Part shown: positions 23,529-35,375 of the stretch, piece after piece
Layout of the letters: every line of letters starts with the position of its first letter
How positions within the stretch are numbered: the first letter of the stretch is position 1
Source of the DNA: Camelus dromedarius
Taxonomy: Eukaryota
DNA: 64,000 nucleotides
Direction of reading: 5' to 3'
Assembly: GCF_036321535.1 (NCBI RefSeq)
Contig: NC_087437.1
Coordinates: 39,372,001-39,436,000 of the forward strand
Position numbers and translations under genes: made by a program
The notes under the pieces: generated by a model
The model's database searches: none
Seen by the model: the letters and a program-made list of their open reading frames with translations, nothing else
Told to the model about the DNA's origin: nothing

Positions 23529-26446
23529 GTGGCCTGAGCAGTTCCACCCCACACCTTGTACAGAGGGGCATCTCACATGCACCTTTTTTTCTCCAATAGT
23601 TTCCTGCACTTTAAAATGGGTAAAATTCTGGTTAATGAACATATACCCAAATATAGGTGTTTTTTACACTCTGTTCTCATGTTGACTTGCGACTACTTTA
23701 AAAATATTGTCATTTAATTGCTATTTGGGGAAAGAGGCTGTATATTTCCAATCCTTTGAAGGTGAGAGAAGCTCAACTCCATAGCATGAACACAACTGAT
23801 CAGCTCAATTCATTCAAATGGAAAAAAAATCAGACCAGTTAATGCAGGCAAAATAACGAGGTGCATAACTGAACTTTTCACGTTTCAGCCAACACTTTTG
23901 ACAGCAGGTTGGTGAAGTCGCACAGTAGGAGGCACATGAATGCATTCATATTCTTAGGTATACCTGTGCCTTGCCGGTGTCCTTAGGTGCACACACGCAT
24001 CGTTAGCATCCTCAGGTGCACGTGTATGTCACTTTCTATTAAGTTGCATTGTCCAGAGACCCAAAGAAATGTTCATATGTTTCTAAATAACTAGCTTGCG
24101 CCAATGTTAAAAACCTTCGGATTTCACAAGCACTTGCACTTTGGCAAACTCTTAAAAGGAGAAATGTCTCTAGTGTTTCTGGGATATATCATCTTTTGTT
24201 GAAAACGCTGAATTACAGAGCATTTTGGGAAGAACCTCTGAAGAGCTTATTTGCTGTTTGTGTGGAAAAGGGCTTTTTTTTCTAGACCAATTGTCAAAAA
24301 AGATTTTGTTTTGTGAAATCAGTACATTTAGGGAGATATCAAGAGCAACGATGCCGAATCATCACACACTTCTGGCCGGGTCGAGAGAGTTGTCTCTCCT
24401 CCCAGACCTAAAGCAGAAAGTAAACAATGCCTGCAGCCTTCTGAAACATTTGGATTAGTGTTGTCTCATCAGTATTAGACATTTTTCAACATTTAATTTT
24501 AATTTCGTTTGGTTTTTAAAACTGGACTTTATAAGTATTTTTTAAAAACATATAGGCATTTTAGTTTTTGCCTCTAGTTTCCAGTTCAAACTTACTGGAA
24601 AAAGTAGAGCTGGTGTCATATACCAAAAACAATAATGATCTGTTATTATTTAAACTTCCAAGTCTTTCTTTTCCTCAATTGTGGATCCACACTGCCTCAA
24701 TTCAGGTCAACCAGCATTTAATAAAATTGCAGTTTAACTCGTGACATGATGAGATTTAACATGCTCGTAAAATTCTTACTTGATGCTCATGTTTGGCCTG
24801 GCCTTAGCGCTCGCCTAACCTTGCTGCAGCCCTCCTTCACTTACCAAAATTTATCTTCTCTGGAACAAATATTTTCCCATCTCCTCATAGCAGCCTTTTT
24901 ACTCTCTCTCCTCTACCCTTACCTTGCTCTAAATCCTGCAAGTAAGCTGATTAAAACAATATAATCTAACTTGGTTTGCTGGTAGGAAGGAAATTAAGAC
25001 AACATCATGCATGCTACTGGGTAGTTCCTCTCGTGTCTCGTTCATGCTCCTAGAAAAACTTTACTCCCAAGGACTCTGCAGTTAGCAAGCTCTCAGAATG
25101 ACCCTATTTATTCATCAAACTATTTGAAATCATGGCAAAGTTTGTTCCTCCATATTTTATTAAACTCAATTAAGTAATGGAATCTTTTGTCATCAGTCTC
25201 AACTTCATCTTCCATGGAAAACCCACTGCCCTTTACAGTTCATGAGATGCCAACCATTCATTTCTTTGTGGTGTTGAAGGTAATTTGATTTATGTCTTGC
25301 TCTAGTTAAGATGCCCGTGTCTTCAAGCATTTTTGACTTGGAGTTAGAGGCTGAGGTCAAGTTAACAATGGTAATCTGTCTCTCTGTAAGCAAACAATGA
25401 ATCACCATTTAGATTTTAAGACTATGGTAAGCTTTGACTTGGCAGCTTGGTTCAAAGGTTGTCAGCAAAATGTATGAAAGCGGCCTGCATCTGGGACCTC
25501 TGATCATTGGATGTCAAGGATTTCCTAACAAGGCCACCAATATAGTTGTGAATAATTGGTAAGAAGAAGGAGTGGTTAAAGAAACATTAGTCCCGTGCCT
25601 TATTTAGACTGGATTGATTTGATCTAGACTTAATAACAGTAAAAGCTCTTCTAGTCATTCCCAAGGCGCAAATGAAAATGCTTTCAGATTATTAAGAAAG
25701 AATGTGACATATTGAGGACAGTATGTAAGGAAAGAGCGGTAAAATGAAGTTGTTCATTTCAGTCCCTTACTTTGGAACAAGAAAACTGCCATTAGGAAGG
25801 GAAAAAGCTTCATGGAGATTTGCAGTATTTTATTACTGATTGAGTTGAGTTTGTTTTGGAGCATTAGCAGCTACAGTAGCTGAAGTTGAGATGAACAGTT
25901 CATAAAAGTTAACGGCCAGTATCTTTCAAGTATCTTCTTGTTCTTATCTTTAAGGAATTCACACAAAGGGGTGACTTTGAAAGAGTGAAAACTCTGAGAT
26001 CTAGTCAAATTTGAGTTTTTCCTAAATAAGTTCTGTGTCTGTCCCATAGTAAGCATTGAACTGATATTTGCAAATTGAACGAGTGAAACTTAAGTGGATG
26101 TTTGTGAGTGAATATTTATATGTCTGTAAAATATTGGCATTAAGAAAAGGCATTTGCTTTCACAAGCCATGGCCTAAAAGCAATGATTTTATGATTTGAA
26201 CTGACGAGAAGCTGCTTATTCTACAACCTTTGATATTATTGCATTATGCAAAATAACATTGCTTCCTTTGTGTTTCTGTTTTTGATGCTTCAGTTTTCCA
26301 TAGCGATAAAGGGGGAATAATATTCAGGGTAGACATCTGTTTGCCAGGTGAGGGTTTGAGCTGATCACTAATACAGATGTTTCATTAGTGTATGTGAACA
26401 TCATTTGTTGACTTTCATTGACCTTAATATTGATATGAAGAAAATT

Positions 26447-26681
26447 TGGGGGGAAGGGATAAATCAGGAGTTAGGGATTTATAGATGCTAACTACTATAT
26501 ATAAAATTGATAAGTATTAAGGTCTTAATGTATAGCACAGGGAACTAACTATATGCAATACCTTGTAATGGCCTATATAAAAAAGAATATGAAAATGAAT
26601 ATATATGTGTAACTGAATCACTGTGCTGTACACTAGAAATGAACATAACATTGTAAATGGACTATACTTCAATTAAAAAAT
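26447..26681 (+). mobile_element. L1 3' end, cetartiodactyl type, 5'-truncated
   Basis: tgtatagcacagggaacta...aactgaatcactgtgctgtacac...ctatacttcaattaaaaaa. Confidence 0.85.
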
Positions 26682-27629
26682 TCATTAAGTATTCATTTTA
26701 CATGCATACCAAAAATTAACACACTAGGATAATAGTCAAAGAGCAATTGCCTCTCTTCTAGTAGCAAATCTGAAAAAAGAAAATAATTACTATTGCTCAT
26801 GCCGCTCCTGGATTCCATAAACTTTATCGTGGCTATACGTTGAGGGGAGCATTCCCCCACTTGGGTAGAAGCAGAAACTCTCCAGTATTTGGGATTCCAG
26901 GGCCTCTCGCCTGCTACGTAAGCACCCCTATACCTGGTCTGCCCTCTTTGTCTAATCACCATATCGCTCTTCATCCAAACTGTGAGTTCAGAGCAGATAC
27001 TACTGAAAACTTCTGCTACCATTTCCAAGTAGCATTCTTGCATCCAGCGTGGTTGGTGCTATCCACTAACTCGGTGGACTGGCCGTGGGTCTCCTTCCTT
27101 CTATACATTACTCCTGTCCTTTTAATTCTATGGATCTTGAGGAGAGCAGTGATTAGTGACATAGCATGTCAAACTTAGTATCTAATTGTTGTCATCGAGA
27201 AGCAGAAAATGATAGGACCTAATTTTACGGATCGGTTACTGTGGTTTTGAATGTAATATAGCCAACTTATCACATGCCCATACTGGTGTAGAACGTGCCA
27301 GATTGCCATCACTGTAGGTGCTTTACTGATCACTTTCATAATAAAAAGTGTTTGAAATGTAAAACTAAATAGGGCTATAGAAATGACAAAAACCAATATG
27401 GCCCTCAGAGAGGCGACTTTCCCAGAGTCGCATGGGTAAAAATTGATAACTCCCAGTGGTCATGCTGGGTCTCCTCTCACCGTACTGTCCTGGTTCTGTG
27501 AAGTGAGGCGGGAACATGGATCTTAGGTCCTTTCTTAAGGGCCCCTAAACCAACAGGATATGTCCACATCCCCCTGCTGGTGTAGCGACTCCTGGGAAGA
27601 GACATAACGTCACGTTGAGGAAAACGGTA

Positions 27630-27815
27630 CTGAGCCATCAGTGCTGACCCAGGCTGTGCAAGCTTGGGCAAACGACTTCACGTGTGTTGCCTTAGTTCCT
27701 TCTGTAAAATGAAAAGAATAATAGACGCTCCCTCACGGATGGCTGTGGTCATGAAATGAAATAATACAGGGAGAGGGCTTACAACAGATCTGGCACACAG
27801 TGTCAGCTGTTTAAT
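27630..27815 (+). mobile_element. MIR SINE
   Basis: cttgggcaaa..ccttagttccttctgtaaaatg..ctggcacacagt. Confidence 0.8.
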
Positions 27816-28849
27816 CACGAGATTTTCCTCAGGTTTCCGAGACATTAATTTCTCAAAACCTGCTATGTGGTCGTTCTTACCTTGTTTCATTTCTGCAAAC
27901 TCTTTTCTCCTTCCGCTTGAGTTCCTGCATTCTGAACACCTGCTGGAGATCAGAGTCTCCTGACCACAATTTTAACTGTATAACTTATTTTCACCTTTTG
28001 GGGGCTGAATAAAACACACGAAAAGATTGAAACATAGGTGTGAATAAATTAACCCTTGGTTTTCAGAAGGGATATATTTCTTCTGTGGGTGTTAATATAA
28101 TCCATCTGTATTAAGTTGAAATGTTAAAGTTCCAGAGTTTTCACTTGTTGATTGGCTTTTATCTGGAGCACTGATAAAGAGGACATGGTGTTGCTAGGTA
28201 TTCATCAGTACTGTCCACACATCTGGAGAATGGCAGCCACCAAGTTCCACCAAAGGGGCAACAAGTCATTACCAGTGCCCCAGTGAGATACTATGCTGAC
28301 CACGGCATATAAGGCACCCACTGCAAAAAGGAACACTGCCACTTTGACTTCAACCCTGAAACACTCCAAACATCGCCTTCAGGAGTGTGCTGTGTATGAG
28401 CACGTGCTCAGAAAGCGAGCCTGGAAGCAATGAGCCAGGTGGAACTTGCCTGCAGGACCTTTCTCAGCTCCACGGTTTTAGGCTCTTTTCTCTTTTCTGA
28501 TCCACATGCTGCTCTCCGATCCTGGAACTGCTGGATTATCCAGGCTTTGCAGCTCTTGCAATGCCCCTGCTCTGTCAGCCTGCCCTCTGCAGCCAGTGCT
28601 CTGACTGCCAAGGTAAACTGAAAAGGCTTGTTATCAAAACCTAACAACGGCTGTGTGCTGATTCCGGTTTGTTTATTTGCTGCGGCCTTCTGAAGTCGGT
28701 GTCGATGTTTCCTCACTCATCTGTACCTGGCACACGAGCATATTAGGCCATGTTGGAAGAGAGTTGCCATGTGGCAAAAACAAATGATGAAACAGACAGT
28801 GAAAGAAAGATTTAGGCACAGAGAGAGCATTTCCTCGAATCTCTTACAC

Positions 28850-29520
28850 AGTCATCCGGTCCTAGTCACTCCACCTCAGGAATAATCTCTGGGCTCGACC
28901 CCTCATCTCCATCTTTGTCCAGATCCCCCGTTCAAGGTTCTGACTCTCGCTGTGATGCCTGCAGTGCCCCTCCCCACTGGGCGCTCGTCCTCCAATCTGA
29001 AATGCACACACCTCAATCTGATGACAACGTTCCTATGGCAACCTGTGAGAACCAGATTAAGCCTCCAGTCTGATATTTAAAAAGCGTCACTTTTAAGAGC
29101 CAGCACAAGTCTTCAACATCACACTGGTTCCTAAACCCTGTCCTCTGGCCATGAAGCAAATGTATGTATCACTCTCCCTAAAAGACTTGACTCATTCATT
29201 CTCTGTCTTCTGACTGATGAATTTCTACCCTTCTAGACCCAGTTCTAATGCTGCCTCTCTGAAAACACCCTGATTCCCTCCTGACAGGGTTAATTGGTCT
29301 TTTCTTTTAGATTCCTTAGCCTTTTTTAAAAATTGTCTCTATTTGTAGCACTTGTCAGAATGTTCTGTCTCAACTTTTCACATGTCTCCCTGAATCAGTC
29401 TCTTGGATTCTGGAAAACAGATACTGTTCTTCCTCAATTTCATATGATCAGCACCAAGCACAGGCCCCTGTGAATAATGTAAATGGTGAATAATTGTGTA
29501 ATAAGCAAATGAACGCATAA
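28850..29520 (+). mobile_element. L2 LINE 3' fragment
   Basis: Diverged L2 3' motifs ending in an aatgaa-like tail. Confidence 0.5.
29029..29042. promoter_or_regulatory. candidate RFX X-box
   Basis: GTTCCTATGGCAAC, close to the palindromic consensus GTTGCCATGGCAAC. Confidence 0.35.
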
Positions 29521-30229
29521 ATGCGCCATACCAGGAGCCAGGGTTCTGCTTCTGTGTCAGAGCACCTTTGCACTCAGTGGTGCATATTGGACTGGGGGAG
29601 CATTCCCTCCTTCCCTTTGTCTTTCCTTCACCAAATGTTCATTGATCACCTTCTGTGTTCTAAGTTCTACGTGAGGTAGCAAGCACATCAAAAATAATAA
29701 AATACTGCCCCTTTCCTAGAGGTGCTCTCAATTTTTATATGAAGGAAAAACAATAAAGTAATAATGCAGTTTGGGTACCAATAGGTTAACGGGAACCCTC
29801 TTCATGTTTATAACTGGACTGTGGAGATGTCTCCTTCTCCCTGAGGACCAGAGTTTGAATGAGCCTTGAGAGCACATGATCACCTCCATTTTGTGCACAA
29901 GGTCTTGACTGCACCTCCTCCCAGAGTCTCAGTGGCCCCTGGAGAGTGGTGTCTGGTGTGGAGAATGAAAGGGTCATTTATCTAAGGGTCAGACCCCACG
30001 GGTTCTGGTTTTAGCTCTGCTGCTAGGTAGCTACGACTTTGGGTGGACAATTCAATCTACTGGACATCTTATCTGTAAACTGAGGGTGTTGGGCTATACT
30101 CTAGATCAATGGTTCTCAACCAGGAGTTCATCATAGGATTTTTAAAATACATATATTCAATCCCTACCAAAGATTCACTGAATTAAAATTAAATCTCCCA
30201 AGCTAAGGCCAGGCCATGTATAGTTAGCG

Positions 30230-30310
30230 AAAAAAAAAAAAAAAAAAAAAAAAAAAAACACCACATAAAACCAAAAACCAAAAACCAAAACCAAAACAAA
30301 CAAAACAAAC
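30230..30310. repeat. poly(A) plus (AAAACC/AAAC)n tract inside a MER5-like element (~30105-30340)
   Basis: Direct reading; caatggttctcaac MER5-type end at ~30107. Confidence 0.85.
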
Positions 30311-31092
30311 TTGCTGGTGGTTCTGAGAGGCTCTGACTGAGCTGGATCTGCCCTTGATGATATCTTGGTGTCTGAGGTCTCTGGGCCTCTGTCTGGCAGG
30401 TCCCCACCCTGACTGGGACAGGGAGTCTCTAGGCCCACACTAGTCTTTCTCCCTTAATAGGCTGTGAGAACCAGAGACATTGTTTCAAGAAACAATCAGA
30501 TCAGTAGCTGACATCATAGGTCTTCCTGAAAGAGAGGAAAGAGATGCAGAACACAGATAAGACAAAAAAAAAAAAAAAAATCCCCAAATGCTTGTGGGAT
30601 GCTGGTAATCACAGCCAGCACCCCAGCCATCTGCAGTGTCTTGAACTTTAAGATGGACCTAGTCATTCTGATGCCCTCACTCCCATATATTTATTCTCTG
30701 ACTGAGGCACAAAGATCTGAGTGAGCTAATGCATCAACCCATGAAAAATGAACAATTAAAACAATGAAGTTGTCAGTTCTTTTACCAGATTGCAAATAAA
30801 TAAACCGCCTGTCAGGCTGGCTGCTCTGCTGGACCATTAGTTTAATACAAAGACATTCTGAGGAACGGGTGGATGACAGCTGATCTATCACCAGGCCTTT
30901 GATAAAGACTTGAGCAACATATGCTGTCATAAACCACCAAAGGTCAATCCCAATTTGTGAGAAGCAAAGTATTAGATGGAATTTGAATACACCTTTCTGT
31001 CCATCATAGGATTTTTTTTTTAAGCTAGTGGGATGGTGGGTACTTGTTTTGACAGTTTAAAACACTTTCGTTTTCTACTTCTGCTTATTTGG

Positions 31093-31219
31093 CTTGTCCA
31101 GGACACTGTGCTGGTGTAGATGGCCTCAGAGATGGTAACTGGCTCAGTGGAAAGACCTGTGATCTTGGGACGCCACAATGTATCTTCTCGCCAGGCTGGA
31201 CAGGGTCTTCCCACAGGAA
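31093..31219 (+). pseudogene. decayed EGF-module exon
   Basis: Acceptor reads TTTGG instead of ending AG. ACPGHCAGVDGLRDGNWLSGKTCDLGTPQCIFSPGWTGSSHR keeps exact module spacing, with 5 of 8 Cys replaced (GGC, GGT, TGG, TTC, CAC). Confidence 0.65.
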
Positions 31220-32500
31220 GTGACTCTGTGCCTTGTCAAATCCTAAGGCAGTCATGGATTGCTGAATAAAAAGCCAATTTATTGCACTTTCTTATATGTA
31301 TGGTTTGAAAACTACAAACCATCTCAGAAAATGTTTGCCAGCCAGATATTTCACTCATGGAAAATAACTATGTAAGGCATTAGATAAGACAACAAATAAA
31401 GACAAATTCATTCCATTCTCTAGTTGATATCTCATTCATCTGTTTGTTCTTGGTTTGTTTTCCATTTTTTATTGACACATAGTTGATGTACAATAGTATT
31501 TCTCATTTGTCTTTGAATTTTAGTGGGAAAAGGAAAGATATGAATGATCTTTCAGAAATCACCTTGAAGAAGATAATTCTTATGTTTTAGAAGCAAAATG
31601 TACAATTAGAAATTTCCCCTATAGTAAAACTAGGTGAGAGACAGTGTTTTTTGAGGTTTTCAGGATTAACCAACTTGTCTCTCTAATGGTCTCTGTCTCA
31701 ACTTGAATTTCGCAAAGCCGATCCCTTGACCCTGCAATTTTTAATAAAAATCATTCAAATGCCTGGGAAGTCAACAAATAAAAAATACAATATTTCCCCT
31801 TCAAAAATCTTTTGGGTATTTATCTCTATTCAGGTTAAACCTTCATGTTCAAAGTGATATAAACTCTACCTTAGTCAAAAATAGTCACTGTCAATTCATT
31901 CTGATTTTTGAGTATATTCATTGGTTAATTCAAAGGCTGAAATAGCTTTAATATGGAGAAGGGCTTAAATCTACACAGAAGCCACCCACAGAAGTTTTGT
32001 GGTCCTTTGGTTGTCCAGAATGATTTCAACTAGAACGAAGTATCAACTATGTTACTTCAAACTGGTTTGACCAGTTCCTTCAGGGGCCTGAGTGGCTGAT
32101 TAGTAAACAAGGTGAACAGGAAATTTTTAACATAAAACTTTCCAGGCTGATTTTCCTACCTGCTAAGTTAAGCCACAACTTGGCCTAGTGTCCAACTTTG
32201 GAAACTCTTTGATGTTCTAAAAAAATCAGGACCCTTCTCACTTCCTAAGAAGAATCACCAAGAGAGTGGGGAAAAAGATCAGAGCGCATCCTCAGGCCAC
32301 CGTGGTTTTGCTGCTAATCTTGCCACTGATTTGCCATGTGGGCAAGTGGTTAATGTCTGCTTATCTGATGTGCACAGTGACCCCTGCTTAAAAGAGACCT
32401 TACACGTAAAAACAAACACTGTTCTGTAGACAAGGGGAGCCTCTCAACTTGTTTTTTTTTTTTTTAAACAGAAAAATAATGTTATTCCACAGAGCACTAA

Positions 32501-33080
32501 TGAGACAGGAGGAAGGCAGCAGGGCACAACCATAAAAAGAATGACACAGCAATTGAGGACAGGGCAAAAACTGGTTAGAACTAAGATGGTGGACGAGCCA
32601 ACTCCCAGGAGACCTTGAGCTTCATTATGCGCTCATTGTAATCTATCAGCTGCCAAATGGCCCTCCCGCAGGTGCCAGGACAGTTCCGAGGCCATAAAAG
32701 GCCAAGGAGTGGGCAGTGGCCCAATTCCTGGGAATCCCTCCCCCTCCCCCAAAGTGGTTGGAATAACCCTCACACTTGTTAGCATATGACGTTACCAAGC
32801 CCATAGAAACTAACCACCCCCACACCTTGCGGCCGATCTGTCTTTCCGAGACACCCTATGCTCTCACCTGCTGCCTTTCTCTTTCTTGCCTTTCCGGACG
32901 GCTCGCACTCAGTCTATGGAGTGTGTATCTCCCTGAATAAACTTGCTTTCACTTTACGATGGCTCACTCTTGAATTCTTTTCTGCCTGAAGCCAAGGACA
33001 CTCACCTGATGAGGCTCATCCCAGGGACTCACCTGGGACCTGGAACATGCCATCCTCTTGCACTCCATTTTCCTGCAGCA
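32501..33080 (+). mobile_element. ERV1 solo LTR, MER41-like
   Basis: TG...CA termini, 580 bp, perfect 4-bp TSD CTAA (32497-32500, 33081-33084). AATAAA at 32936 is followed by cttgctttcactttac..tgaattcttt, typical of the MER41 group. Confidence 0.88.
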
Positions 33081-33504
33081 CTAAGAAGAGCAGGCAGTTC
33101 ATGGTCTAGAAACTTCCACTGTGATCTGCATTTAGTCTTTTATTTCTGTCAGTTTTAGCCCTTGAAACATCCCTTCTTCCTGAGTCTCACTGTAAGTGTA
33201 TCTGGGTACTCAAGCTGCTTCCCCAGGTCTTGCTGGTTCCTGACCTTCTCCCAAGAATCCCAAGCCATTCTCAAGGTGACATTATATTAAAACTCATCTT
33301 TGGATCCATTAACTAAAAAAAAAAAATTAATAATTGATCATAGATTTTCCATATATTTTTATATTATATAGTTTTTAGAGTATTTGTATTGATTTCTGTA
33401 AAGACTTGTGCAACAGGCTCTTGTTAAGAACATAAGTCTATGTAATGACACGATCTCTAAGGATAAATTAGAGGCTGCTTAAAACACTCGGGAATGCAGA
33501 GATT

Positions 33505-33920
33505 ATGGTAGACTAAAAATGGACCCTCAAAGGTGTCCTTGTCCTAATTCCTGGAATCTGTCAGTATGTTATTTTACATGCAAAGTGGGAGTTTGCAGGG
33601 GTGATTAAGTTAAGGATTTTGAGATAAGAAGATTTTTCTGGATGGCCTGGTATCAAAAAGGATCAGAGTAGGAAGAAGCAGCTAAGCTGCTGGCTTAGAA
33701 GAGGGAGACAGTGGCCACAAGCCAAGGAATACAGGTGGGTTCTAGGAGCTGGAAGAGGCTGGGAGACAGATCCTCCCCACAAGTCTCCAGAAGGAACACA
33801 GCACTGCTGATACCTTGATACTAGACGTCTGACCTCCAGAACTGTGAGACAGAAAATTCGTGTTTTTTAAAGCCACTAAATTTGTGAAAATTTGTTACAG
33901 CAGCCATAGGGAACTAACGT
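33505..33920 (+). mobile_element. MLT1C/D-like MaLR solo LTR
   Basis: gtcctaattcctggaatctgt..gtgattaagttaaggattttgagat..gacctccagaactgtgaga..tttgttacagcagccatagggaactaa. Confidence 0.88.
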
Positions 33921-34099
33921 GGAAACATTTATAATAATGTAAGCCTGATCACTGCCTAACATACACATATACGTATCATTGCCAACACACTGTTTAGGAG
34001 TGTATCAGTAACTCCTATGTGTCTGGGGCTTTCCCCCTGGAAATATTTTCTCCTTCCTACTCTTCGTTCCTTCACCTCCCTTCCCACTACATATGCTCT

Positions 34100-34395
34100 C
34101 GCTAGTGATTCAGATCTGTTGAGTGGTGATCTCCTCAAAGGGAACACCTGGAACTGAACACAGCCCATCCTCTGCCTGCCAATCCATGTTGGGGTCCCTC
34201 ATGTTATTCTCTCTCATAGCACTCTACCCCCTTATAACATTTTAAAATTAGACATTTTTTGAATGATCATTTTATCATGTTTCTCTTTCTACTGTTGCAA
34301 GCTTGATGGGTACAGCACCATGTTTGTTTTTGCTCACTGTTATGAATCTGGCACATAGAAGGTATCCAGGAGATATTTCTTGGCTAAATGAGAAC
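34100..34395 (+). mobile_element. L2 3' end fragment
   Basis: tttttgctcactgtt..ctggcacatagaagg..atatttcttggctaaatga. Confidence 0.6.
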
Positions 34396-34409
34396 ATTCC
34401 AGAATTCTG

Positions 34410-34517
34410 CATGTCTTGTACGATGGATGGGAAGCATGCCCCATAATGCAGTCCATCTGGGATCATGGGGCAATAAACCAACACACCACCTTCTCTTTCA
34501 GAGGACATGAAGCAGGC
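34410..34517 (+). pseudogene. possible decayed EGF-module exon relic
   Basis: CLVRW / EAC / CS-PSG fragments resemble the recalled MEGF6 module CLRGWFGEAC..CSCPPG. No splice sites. Confidence 0.25.
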
Positions 34518-35164
34518 TTTGCATTAAATTTTGTTTTCCTCTGAAGTCTGAGGCAAAGTCATTATTATTTAGCCAGATACCAATTGATACTTTTCATCGT
34601 GTATATATAATCTAAGAAATACTCTAATATTTCTCAAAAGTTCTCTTTAATAACATTTAGAATGCTTTTTCTTGCTTTTATTTCCATTTTCACTTAATTG
34701 CTTTTCAGTAAATTCCTTCAAAGACACTTGAACATCTATTTAAGAACTAATTTTAAGAACTTCAAGAGATCAATTTTTCCTGAGTAATTATTTATACCTT
34801 CTGCAATTTTGATTCCACTGGAGTTCAAGAATCAAAGCTAAGGACATGCCTGAGCTCTTCTTGGGATGGAGAAGTGGTTAACATTTGTAAATTTTTTTTA
34901 GTGAAGCTTCAAAACACAGTACAATTAATGAGAATATGGATAAATTTTACTTACATGTGTTTCAGAAACTTCATGTGATTTCAATGAGTTTTTTTTTTTT
35001 TTGAAAAGAATCTTGCAGACTCATGTAAAGATAGTCTTTGAATATTAGGTATTTTCCCCATATTATTCTGAATGTGTCTACAGTTTTTGCCCAAATACAG
35101 CATCTTTATTGAAAAGTTGATTCTGATTTTAAATATAAGGGTTTCAATGGAAAGGAAACACACT

Positions 35165-35375
35165 TTACTGAGGTACTATGAGATTCCTATATGTCACTAT
35201 GTCTACTAGGTTACTCCTCATAGCAGTCTATGAGATAGATTTTATTAATCACACTGTACCGAAGAGGAAATTGAGGGTCTTAGAGCTTAAATAACTGTTT
35301 AAAGTCAGTAACAAGGTCCATAGCCATGCTGGGCCCAAGTGACTCAAAGTTCACACCATCTCCTCTAGACCACAC
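35165..35375 (-). mobile_element. MIR SINE fragment
   Basis: ctatgagatag..gaagaggaaattgagggt. Confidence 0.6.

Noticed and set aside
28505..28617. Cys-rich stretch ending in AAG|GTAAAC
   Set aside because: Cys spacing does not fit the module in any frame, and no AG follows the pyrimidine tract.
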